Assembly: GCA_002104905.1 (NCBI GenBank)
Contig: MCFE01000527.1
Location: 1 to 61,794 of the forward strand
DNA from: Basidiobolus meristosporus CBS 931.73
Lineage: Eukaryota; Fungi; Basidiobolomycota
Reading direction: 5' to 3'
DNA: 61,794 bases
A model generated the notes under the pieces. The model searched no databases and was not told the DNA's origin. It worked only from the letters and a program-made list of their open reading frames with translations. Position numbers and translations under genes: made by a program. Shown here in pieces: positions 51,212-61,794 of this stretch; position 1 is the stretch's first letter, and each line of letters opens with the position of its first letter.

Positions 51212-53441
51212 CAATTGCCTTAATTGAATTTAGAGATGACACCAATTAGCAAACAAAACAAAACAAACATCTTACCTGTAGAGGAGAGGTTTGACAGTCA
51301 AAACTGCTGACTGTGGAGAAACAAGTATCAGATCCACGTTGAGGAAGAAAAGCTTTGGAATATAGCAACAGGAAAGGAGGTTGAGCCTAAAGGAACAGTA
51401 GAAGAGGTTAGGAACTTTCATGAGAAAGAGAGACAAGCCATTAATACCATATGTATCAACTTGGACAATTCCTTCTTTGGACATATATCTGTCTAATACT
51501 GCCAAAGCAGCACTGGAATCCAAAGAGAAGATCACCAGGGCAAAGTCAGCATCAAGCAAGCTTTATTAAAAGAAAGTGCTTCAATATGAGGAAGAAGCCA
51601 GAGAATGATATGGTACAACTCATTACCAGAATAGAGACACTTCCCAAAGAGCTTTACAGTACTGATGCTGGCATAGATGATGAAGAAAAGATATTCTACC
51701 TGCTTTCCAGCTGAACAGATATTTATGAGCTACCCATAATCTCCTTTGAAATCAAAGAAGACAATATGACCTTGGACTATTTCAAACAAAGATTCCTCCA
51801 CAGAGAACTCAGACACACTGACTAAGGAAAGAAAATTAAAAGTAATGCTTTATTCAGCTTAGAAAGGCACAGAGAAAAGAATAGAAAGCAACAGTAACAA
51901 AAAAAACCGGGTTGCTATAACTACTGTGAGAAGACACAAGCAGACAAAAAAGAGAAACTAGTGTAAGTAAACCATATACTTACAGATGATCTTCAATTTG
52001 TCAATGTACAAGGGAGTGCAAGTAAGCAATGTTATGGGTGGTCTATTTCCTTTGGAGTGTTACAGCATATTTGCGGTATTAAGGAGTGGTTCAGCAACTT
52101 AAAGATCACTCCAGCTCAGGTGTTTATCTGGGAGAAGACTCTGCAAAGGAAGTTACCACCAGTGGGTCTATACAGTTAACAGGAGTAAAATCTCAGGGCA
52201 ACAACAGCAAAACTGACTGACATATTCTTTGTTCCTGGAATAGATAGGAACCTACTCTCAGTCAGTGAAGCAACTACTTAGGGGCTAAAGTTTGCTCTTA
52301 CTTAGTTGTGCTGCTCAATTTAGACTGAAAACTGACAAATTATAGCTTTGAAGATCACAGTTCACAATATAAACAAGCTGCATTCTAAGTATCAACATTG
52401 CAGAAACTAATGAAAATAACTGGAAGACATGGTATAGTAGGGTAGAACATATTGGGGAACAGAAATTGAGCCAACTGGTAAGAAATCTGCTGATTTTGGG
52501 CCTAAATTACTCAATTGCAATCAAAGTGAATGTCTGCATGAGAATCCATATGGCAAACAAGCTATGTAGCATTTCAGAATCTGCAGAGCTGTTGACAAGA
52601 CCAAAACACAGGCTATTAGGCACTCAGACATTTGTGTGCCCATGAAATTGCTGTGCTTTGGAGTCAAGAGATACTTCATGATGCTCATTGATGACAAGAC
52701 AAGATGCACATGCATGCTCTTTCTACAGTCACAGGATGATGGCTCCATGGATGTTCAACCACTTCAGGAGCATGGCAGAAGCACAGATTGGGTGTAAATT
52801 GAAGGTACTTCAAAGTGACAATGGAGGGTAATACTACTCAAGGAGTTTGAACAGTACTGCTCAGCTACTGGTATACTTCCCTTGAGCCCTATTTCACATA
52901 CTCTACAGCAGAACAGAGTAGCAGAATATGCAATCAGATTAACAATAGAGATGGGTAGCTTTATTCTACATGAAAAGCAAATGGACTACAAGCTTTGAGC
53001 TGAATTGGTTGGTACCACAGTGTATATTAAGAATAGATGCCTAGGAACAGTCCCACATGATTATGTACTTTTTGAAGCATACACAGGCAAAAGCCAGACC
53101 TCCAGCACCACTGGATTTTTAGAAGTGATGTCTTATATTATATCCCTGACAAAAAAGGTCAGAGTTGGAACCAAAAAGCAGAATAGGGATCTTTCTTGGC
53201 TATTGTGAAGATATTTAAGGGTAGTGAGTGTATGATGGCAAAGTTTATAACCTGGGCAACAGCAGGGATGATGGTTTGAGCATAACTCAGATCAAAAAGC
53301 ATCTGATATTATTGGCCAAAATAAGTACAAAACTAGATTGATGGATAAAAGCTATTACCAGATTCAAAGATTAGAATTTAATGAAAAATTTGCTCCAGTT
53401 GCCAAATTCAATTCCAGTACAACAGCTCTAGCCCTGATTGC

Positions 53442-53802
53442 TATTGAAATATTGGACTACTTCATATCATTCAGCATCCATAAATATACTTAACAATTCT
53501 AGACTAGTCTAGGTCACTCCAGGACTAACTTGCAGCCAAACTTTGCCAGCTTCTTCAGATCTATGATCCTACAATTATTCCCCTGTATGTATATTAGCAC
53601 TTTTTACCATACATTATGTACTAGCCCAGATACTGCTACAAGATGCTCCTGAATGTTAAAACCCTCCTTACTCAGTGTTACTGCTGTATTACTTCTACAA
53701 AGATATAAGTACTGATCCCCTTTATGACTAAAAAACAGTCCAACTATCAATACTAGCTCATAATAGGTTCCTTATATCCAAATCACATCTTAAATTGCAA
53801 CA
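53442..53802 (+). repeat. Solo LTR (family B) in RT, with 5-bp TSD ATTGC/GTTGC
   Basis: TATTG...CAACA; removing it restores the ALVAVHSLDLHHMDVKT-like RT sequence. Confidence 0.85.
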
Positions 53803-54436
53803 GTTGCTGTACACAGTCTTGATCTACACCACATGGATGTCAAAACAGTCTCTCCAAATGAGGACCTGCAAGACACTAAATATATAGAGCAATCAGAGGC
53901 CTTTACCAATCCATAGGCCCCAATGAGGTGTGCAGACTTAGAAACTCTTGTATGGGCTTAAGCAGGCACCTGGAGCGTAGTATAACAAGTTTGACATATA
54001 TCTGAGGAGATTGGGATCCTGTGTAGTACTGCATATCTCAGTATGTAAGTGAAAGGTTCAATAAGGGAATAATAATTTGGGTACTTTTGTGGGCACCCTA
54101 ATAGTAGCAAAAATGACCAGGTGGCAGTTTAACATACAAAATCCAACCTTTTCAGCAAGTTTGAGATGAACAATCTCCTAAAATTGAGCTATTTTTTTGA
54201 AATTGGAGTCAATTTGACATTAATCACTCAGAATACTGTGCAGAATCAGTCTAAGCACATCAGGGATATTCTTAGATGCTTCAAAATTTATAATTGTAAG
54301 CCTGCAGCAACCCCAATGGAAAATAACCTAAAGTTAAGCAAATCTCAGGCAGCTTTAGGTGAAACCAGCTCAAAATGGGCCAAAACATTCTCTATCATTC
54401 AATGGTAGACAGCTCAATATACACAAAAGTGTTTGC

Positions 54437-54803
54437 CATTGTAATTTGAGAAGTGAATTGGACATAAGAAACTTATTGTGAAATAGTGATGATAGTTGTG
54501 CTATTGTTTTTCATTATGAAGATCAGTATTTACACCTTTGTAGAAGTAATACAACTATATCACTAGGTAAGGGGGTTTCTCAATTTTCAGGAGCATTCTG
54601 TAACAATCTGAGAGACAGTACACAATGTTTGATAGAAATCCTGATTTTATCTTGACTATAGGGTAATACCTATATAGTCATGTATTTGAAGAAAGTGGCA
54701 AAGCTAGAGCTATAAATTTCTTCTACAGTGAGCATGACTAGTCTAGAATTGTTGAGTAAATAATTGACTGCGGAATGATACCAATTATTCCAATATTTCA
54801 ACA
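54437..54803 (-). repeat. Solo LTR (family B, inverted) in RT, with 5-bp TSD TTTGC/TCTGC
   Basis: Aligns directly with 57898-58266; removing it restores VS(A)DPDV (compare VSTRPDI in the younger copy). Confidence 0.85.
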
Positions 54804-55399
54804 TCTGCAGATCCTGATGTTGTGGTGGCAGTTGCAATGGTCAGTCAGTTCATGCAGAATTTTGGATCTGATCAAATTGCAGCATTTAAGCAAATTTTTG
54901 ATTACCTGCAAGGACCATTGATATGGTTCTGGAATATTCTTGGGCAGCTAATGGGGGTAGATTCAGTGGCTATAGCTATGCAGATTGAGGTAGGATCTGA
55001 TTGGCAAATGCTCTGCCACTAGGTATGCATTTTTATATGCTGGCGCAGCTACTGCTTGGAATAGCAAGAAAGAACAAACTATGGCCATATCTATAACCGG
55101 AAAAGAGTATGTTACTGCTTGTCAAGCAACAAAGGGGGCTATGTGGTCACATAATTAATCAAAGACTTGAGTTCAATGAAGCTGGACCAGCATGTATTAC
55201 AAGGATAATTGGGTTGTATATATTTTATTACCTAGAAGCCCTACTGATCAAGCCAATATTAAGCACATTGATATTCAACACAGCTTAGTGAGGAAAGCTG
55301 TAGAACTGACATAGTGAGCTAGCTAGTATGGAATCATTTGATGGCCAGCATACCGTGGGACCATCAGGAACTCAAGGCTGAGCAGTGTGTGCTTGACCT

Positions 55400-56750
55400 A
55401 TACTGTGAGCAATATCAAAGATTCAAGCAAGCAAACAGATTTTGGACAGCATTAGAATGCCAAGAAAGCATTTTTGAAGTTGCAGAAATAATCAAAGGCT
55501 GAAGTGCAATAGTACCATGGCTCAAAACCAGTGGTCTCCTCATGAGCAATGTTTAAGCAGGGCTGAAAGCCCCAAGAAAACAGCAAAAAAACATCAGGTA
55601 GCAAGAAGAGTACTTATAAGGGGTAGGCAGGCAGAAACACACATATCAGTGCAGCATACATCATGGAGAAAATAAAGTTGAATATAAGAGGCACTCAGTC
55701 ACAATAGTAGTAATGGACTTGAGAGTGATACAGATTTGCAGCCTTCTCAAAAGCCTGCCACATGCAAGGCTAGTATTTCTAAAAAAGCATCAAAGAAATG
55801 ACAGGCTGCAGGGAGAGTGCTAACAAGGGATAGGAAGGTAAAAACAGATGCACTGGTGCTGCATTAATTAAAATGAAACCAGATTACCATGTAAGAGGCA
55901 CTCAGTCAAGGTTGCAAGGAAAGACTTAAAAGTGATAAAGATAAAGGTATAGAGAGAAAGAACTACCCAAGCAATGGATAGTATAGAATCCTAAATTGGT
56001 GCAGTTCTCACCAATTAATGCAGTCAGTGCAGAACACGCTGAAGCCTATCATAGCCAAGAAGATTTACCTATCAGAAAACAGCTGTTTGTCAATAGCAGA
56101 AAGTGTAGCCGGCTGAGCTTCACTCCAGTGAGGGGGATGAGCTTGCAGAGAAAAGCCACCTGTCTACACCTGCCTCCACATCCCTCAGTTTAGACAGAGT
56201 GGAGAGCTCACTAACATACAAAGCAATGACAACAAGTATTCAAAAGACTATCACATTGCTAGCAGTGAAATTTTGGAACTTCAATATGCTCACCAAGATG
56301 TTGCAATGCTTCTTTAAGAGCAGTGCTTAGGAAACTTGACTTAAATGTTTCATGGACTTATTGCAGAGACTTGCACATGAGGTGCTGGACAATGCAGTGC
56401 TGACTGAAGACCAGGATGTATGGGAACCAGTGAATAAACTGTGGCATAAAACCGCTTGGTTCATGCCAATATCATGGAAAATGTGGGGAACATCAGAATT
56501 ACCATCAAATTGTGAACTTCAATGCAGTAACCTGTCAAGTGTGGGGTTGAGCTAAGTATTAATATTGAGTATAGGGAATTATATAGGGCAATACTATTGG
56601 TAATGAGGTACAAATGGAGTTTCAGCAGAAATAAATCAATTTGAATGCATGAAGAGTCAGAAAATGTCTCAGTCAGAAAGTAAGGAGTGTGAAAAAGAGG
56701 CAATAGCCAATGTAGGTACACTAATGTTGCAATTATTCTCCAATAGTCTT
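55400..56750 (+). mobile_element. CACTA-associated upstream ORF relic
   Basis: Homologous to the reverse complement of 36050-37150 and direct to 47850-48520 (DEVLDNAVLTEDQDVWEPVNKLWHK). Confidence 0.65.
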
Positions 56751-56779
56751 TGTAAGGTGACCTAATATAATCAATAAAT

Positions 56780-57897
56780 GTTAGTCACAGTACTTTGCTT
56801 TGTTGATAGCCTTTTGGGGGGATCATCACAATCATTTCTTGCGGGGCTTCCTGCTGTTATGATCTACCACTTGACTGTTCAAGTTAGATCAGTTTTTGTC
56901 AAATCAATTGGTTATATGTTAAGCTTATCAGTATATCTGTATCATCTAGCAAATCAGTAGCATTAGTCAGCAAATGAATCAGCAGATCCTTATCAGACAG
57001 AAATAGATATATCAAGTAGGATTTTATTGAATGATGATGATGCAATCAAATAAGTCATCAGCTACAGCCTACATTAGGAAATACAATTAATCAACAATCA
57101 ATCTGGCAAAATGTATATAAGGAGCTGCTGGAACCTTAATAAAAATCAGTTCAGGTTTTTGTGAATGCAATACTAGCTAATCCCCCTATTCCTCTACAAC
57201 TCTCATACCAGGACTTGTACCATTGATAGCAGCAATAACCAGATACCTCCCTCCTAAAGACAGAAGGAGCCTCCCTCAAGATGTCCAAAATTTGAGAATG
57301 GAAGGATGCTATGCAACAAATCCTGGCTCAGCAGCAACAGTTACTCCAGATCCTTAGCCAGCAGGAACAAGGAATAACTACCTTGGCCCAAAGCCAGCAA
57401 AACCCTGTCAAGAGCAACTTGAGTGTAAAGGTCAACCAATACCATGGTGGAGTCAATGAAAATTTGGGAACTTGGCTCTTCCAGATTGATGAAGCATTCA
57501 AGGCTAAGGGAATTGGTCCAAAAAGCAAGTTACATTATGCAGCCTCTTACCTGGCAGATGCAGCTTTACAGTGGCACCACAACAAGATCAGGTCAGCCAC
57601 CAAGAAGGGATGCTCTACAATCTCTACCTGGGATGAGTTTGTGTTGGAAATTCAAGATGCCTTTGAACCTCTATACTAACAGACACTACTAAGAAGAAAG
57701 TTGAAGACACTCAGACAGAAAGGAATGGTTTAAGAGATACTATGTGGAAGAATCCTGTCTCAGAAGTATGTGTGAAGAAAGGACTTTGCTTTAATTGCAA
57801 GCAGCAGGGACATATGGCAAAGTATTGCAATTGGAGAAGAAATGGACACCAGCCATCAAGAACCTTCCACCTCATTGAAGCCCTTGAGCACAGTAAC
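56780..57897 (+). mobile_element. Ty3/gypsy remnant: possible LTR (~56780-57170) and gag with zinc knuckle
   Basis: YHGGVNENLGTWLFQIDEAF..AASYLADAALQW..TWDEFVLEIQDAFEP (retrotransposon gag) and GLCFNCKQQGHMAKYC. Interrupted by the copia LTR. Confidence 0.75.
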
Positions 57898-58266
57898 TGT
57901 TGCAATTTAAGAAGTGATTTGGATATAAGGAACTTATCAAGAAATAGTGATAATAGTTGAACTGTTGTTTATTCATAAAGAAGCTCAGTGTTTATACCTT
58001 TGTAGAAGTAATACAGCTGCAACACTAAGTAGGGAGGGTTTCTCAGTATTCAGGAGCATTCTGTAACAGCTTCAGGGTTAGTACATAATGATTGGTAATA
58101 GTGCTAATTTGATCCTGACTATAGGGGAATGATCATAAGATCATATATCTGGAGAAAGTGGCAAAGTTAAGGCAGTAAATGAGTCCTACAGTGACTAAGA
58201 CTAGTCTAGAACTGTTAAGTAAATTTTTAGCTGCTGAATGATACCAAATAGTCCAATATTTCAACA
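57898..58266 (-). repeat. 3' LTR of the young copia (369 bp, TGTTG...CAACA)
   Basis: Perfect 5-bp terminal inverted ends; adjacent PPT AGGGGGAG (58267-58274, minus strand). Confidence 0.9.
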
Positions 58267-59979
58267 CTCCCCCTCAACTAAATAATTTCTTAATCCCAAT
58301 TTCTCTCTAAGGATCTCAAACTGTGGCCTAGCTAGTGGGTTTGTCAATATGTCTGCCACCATTTTGTCAGTTGGGCAGTAAACCAGCTCCACTAAGTTAT
58401 TTTCTACAGCTTCCCTCACAAAGTAATGGTGTATATCAATGTGCTTAGTTCTGGCATGATTAGTAGGATTTCTAGCTAATGAAATACAACATTGATTATC
58501 CTTGTAAATACATGTTGGTTCACCTGAATTAAAACCTAAGTCTTTGAATAATTTTTGTAGCCATATAGCCTCCTTAGTTGCTTGACATGCAGCCATATAT
58601 TTGGCTTCAGTTGTAGATAGTGCCACAGTTGGTTGTTTCTTGCAATTCCAAGTAATAGCTGCACCAGCATAAAGAAATACATAGCCTGTGGTAGAGTGTC
58701 TGTCAATTAGATCCCTACCCCAATCTGAATTACTATAACCATCAAATTTTTGCTTATTAGCTGCTCCAGAGTATTCCAGTACCATATTTATGGTACCTTG
58801 TAGATATCTGAAAATCCACTTAACTGCTGCAATTTGATCTGATCCATAATTCTGCATGAATTGACTGACTATTCCAACTGCTACTGAAATATCTGGACGT
58901 GTAGACACTATAAAGTACATCAGGCTACCAACCATTGATTGATAGGGAAAGTTTTGGTCCATATTTGAGCCATTTTCATCTATAACTGGCTGAGATTTTC
59001 TCAATTTCAGGTTGTTGTCCATAGGGGTTACTGCAGGTTTGCAATTTTCCATTTTGAAGCGTCTAAGAATGTCCCTGATGTACTTAGACTGATTCAGCAC
59101 AATTTTCTGCGTAGGTATGTCAAATTTGACCTCAATTCCAAGAAAATAGCTCAATTTTCCAGGATCTTTCATCTCAAACTTGCCAAAGGGATCTGATATT
59201 GTCTGTTTAAGTGCCTCTTGATCCCTTGTAGCTATAATAAGGTCATCCACATAAAGAACTCGGATGATCACACCCTTTTTGAGCTGTTTCACATATATAC
59301 TGTGATCTGCATTGCTACAAGAGAACCCAATTTCCTCTAGATATGTGTCAATCTTGTTACACCATGCTCTGGGTGCCTGCTTAAGCCCATACAACAATTT
59401 CCTAAGTTTGCACACCTTATGGGGGCCTTTTGGATTGGTAAAACCTTCTGGTTGCTCCATATATATAGTTTCTTGCAAGTCCCCATTTAGAAAGGCTGTT
59501 TTGACATCCATTTGGTGTAGATCTAGACTGTGAACAGCTGCCAGGGCTAGAACTGTCCTAATAGAGTTAAACTTGGCAACCAGAGCAAATGTTTCCTTAA
59601 AGTCTAGTCCCTGGATCTGGGAATAGCCTTTAGCTACCAATCTAGCCTTGTACTTATCAACGGCACCATTTGAGGTTATCTTGATCTTGTAGACCCATCT
59701 ACATCCTATTGGCTTTCTCCCATTTGGTAAATCTACCAGTTCCCACATTTTTGCCTTGATCAGTAATTGGTACTCCTCCTGCATGGCTTGTTGCCACTTA
59801 GTAGCATCTGGACCTTGCATTGCCTGTTCCAGATTCTGAGGTTTGGCACATAAGGCAAGATAAGTTTCTTCATGATCATTGGATGTCTGCCACCAGGATC
59901 CAAGGGCATTTCTTATTCTGGTAGATCTCCTAACTGGGATAATCTGTTCTGATCTGGAACTGGTAGAAGTATCTTCCAT
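58261..59979 (-). pseudogene. Copia RT-RNase H open frame (572 aa), probably inactivated
   Basis: KYKARLVAKG, QMDVKTAFLNG, LYGLKQAP, LYVDD, KKQPTVALSTTEA, RTKHIDI, ending EGEC*. The RNase H Asp is replaced (YSNSDW). Confidence 0.9.
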
Positions 59980-61794
59980 CTCTGGCTGGATTTGGTATGT
60001 ATCTTCTTCATTTGTGTTGATTGCTTCATCAGGCAGCTGGCCAATGATATCCGTGGCTTCTGATCTGAATTCTCCTCAAATACAATGTCCCAGCTCTTGA
60101 TCAGCTTCTGCATTTTGCCATCATACACTTTATACCCTCTAGTAACTTCACAATACCCAAGAAAGATCCCTTTCCTACTCTTTGGTTCCAACTTTGAGTG
60201 TTTTTTGTCAGGGATGTGATAAAAAACATCACTGCCAAAGATCCTGAGGTGCTGGAGATCTGGTTTTTTGCCTGTATATGCTTCAAAGGGCGTAGAATCA
60301 CGTAGTGCTGTTGTTGGGCAACTGTTCTTGATGTATACAGCAGTAGCAACAGATTCAGCCCAAAACTTGTAGTCCATTCCCTTATCATGTAGCATAGATC
60401 TTCCCATCTCTACTATTGCTCTATTTGCACATTCTGCTACTCCATTTTTGCTGTGGAGTATGAGGAACTGTGGTCTGTTGAAGTATACCAGTAGACAAGC
60501 AGTATTTTGCAAACTCCTTTGAGCAGTATTCTCCTCCATTGTCACTTTGTAGTACCTTCAATGTACACCCAGTTTGTGTTTCTGCCATGTTCTTGAAGTG
60601 CTTAAACGTCTCTAAAGCTTCATCCTTTGTTTTGAGGAAGTACACCCATGTATATATTGTCTTGTCATCAATAAACATCATAAAGTATCTCTTGGCTCCA
60701 AAGGACAGTATTCTCATGGGGCCACATACATCTGAGTGTAAAATAGCCAATATTTCGGTGGTATTGATGCCTTCTGAGCTCTTGAAACCTTGCCTAGCTT
60801 GTTTGCCATATGAACATCCCTTACAAACATTCAATTTGATTGGAATTGAGTATTTTTGGCCCAAAACAAGCTGATTTTTCACCAATTGGCTCATTTTCTG
60901 TTCTCCTATGTGTCCTAGCCTCCTATGCCACGTCTCCCAGTTGGTTTCATCAGTATCAGTAATGCTGACATACTCAGGTACAATGATCTTGCATTGTAAC
61001 TTGTATATATTGTGATCTCTGATTCCCAAAGCTAATTTTTATCCATTTTCACTCAATATTGAGCAGCTCAGCTTAGTAAAAACAGATTTCAGTCCCTGAG
61101 TAGTTGCTTTACTGACTGAGAGTAAGCTCTTAGCTATTCCAGGTACATAGAGTACGTCAGTCAGTTTTGCTGTTGTTGCCCCTGAGTTATCACTCATATT
61201 TAGTTGTATAGACCCACTGGTGGTAGCTTTCAATGCAGAGTTATCTCTCAGATAAACCTTTCTTACGGGAATAGTCTTTAAGTTGCTGAACCAATCCTTT
61301 ATACCACAAATATGCTGTGATGCTCCAGAGTCAATATACCATTCATAACTTTAGTTACTTGTACTCTCTTGTACAGTTACAAATAACTGTTCATCAGTAG
61401 TTATATGGTTTGCCTGCTCTAGTTTCTGTTTTTTGTTGGCTTGTTTCTTCTTGCATTCTCTTGCCAGTGTCCTAGCTTTTTACAGTAGTTACAGCAGCCA
61501 GGTTTTCTTTGTTTTTGTTGCTTTCCCTTCTTTTCTGTATGCCTTTTTGAACCGAATAAAGCATTATCTTCATTTTCTCTGCTTGATCATTACATCTGAG
61601 TTCTTCATGAAGAAGTCTTCCTTTGACATATTCTAAAGTCAAGCTGTCTTCTCTGCTTTTGAAAGAAAGTATGAGTGGCTCATACTTGTCTGGTAGGCTG
61701 CAAAGCAGACAGAGTATCTTTTCTTCATCATCTACACCTGCATTAATACTGTAGAGTTCTTCTGCAAGTGTCTCCATTTTGGTAATGAGTTGTA

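Larger units (their letters stand above)
50832..55350 (+). mobile_element. Older Ty1/copia element (family B), 3'-truncated, with two nested solo LTRs
   Basis: 5' LTR and PBS, gag (51300-51950), integrase (52600-53050), SH3, RT (53330-55000) and RNase H (to ~55340). Homologous to the minus-strand element at 58261-61794 but full of stops. Confidence 0.88.
57898..61794 (-). mobile_element. Younger Ty1/copia element (family B), running off the window end
   Basis: gag and knuckle, WYIDSGASQH protease (~61320), ETWHRRLGH, integrase (LHSDVCGP, LQSDNGGEY), SH3, then RT-RNaseH. Frameshifts at ~60450 and ~60050; stops in gag. Confidence 0.95.

Noticed and set aside
1-61794. rRNA, tRNA or structured ncRNA genes
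   Set aside because: No recognisable conserved sequences seen by eye; tRNAscan-SE/Infernal not run.

Overview
Eukaryotic, almost certainly fungal DNA: genes have short 56-70 bp GT-AG introns, and there are secreted CE4 and S41 proteins. An early-diverging lineage such as Zoopagomycota is my inference from gene content only. Bases ~2.0-29.6 kb form a gene island with five intact spliced genes, all on the minus strand: a BSC6-like MFS transporter, two paralogous GPI-type chitin deacetylases, a secreted S41 peptidase, and an 84-aa two-exon orphan gene that the ORF track misses. Between them are heavily decayed but CpG-retaining sequences that look like relics of host genes (STE11/BCK1-like kinase, myosin motor, PAP2 phosphatase, possibly an S28 peptidase), plus a nested Ty1/copia block at ~9.9-17.4 kb. 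Bases 1-1.95 kb and ~29.7-61.8 kb are transposon graveyards: several CACTA/En-Spm relics, two copia families with a Ty5-type half-tRNA PBS, TSD-flanked solo LTRs nested in RT, a gypsy gag, and a younger copia with an open RT-RNaseH frame. Repeats are strongly CpG-depleted and TpG/CpA-rich, and conserved RT residues carry CpG-to-TpG substitutions. This suggests a CpG-targeted, repeat-specific mutational defence rather than canonical CpA RIP. No rRNA, tRNA or CRISPR was seen. All of this is by-eye reading; TE boundaries without LTR/TSD evidence are approximate.
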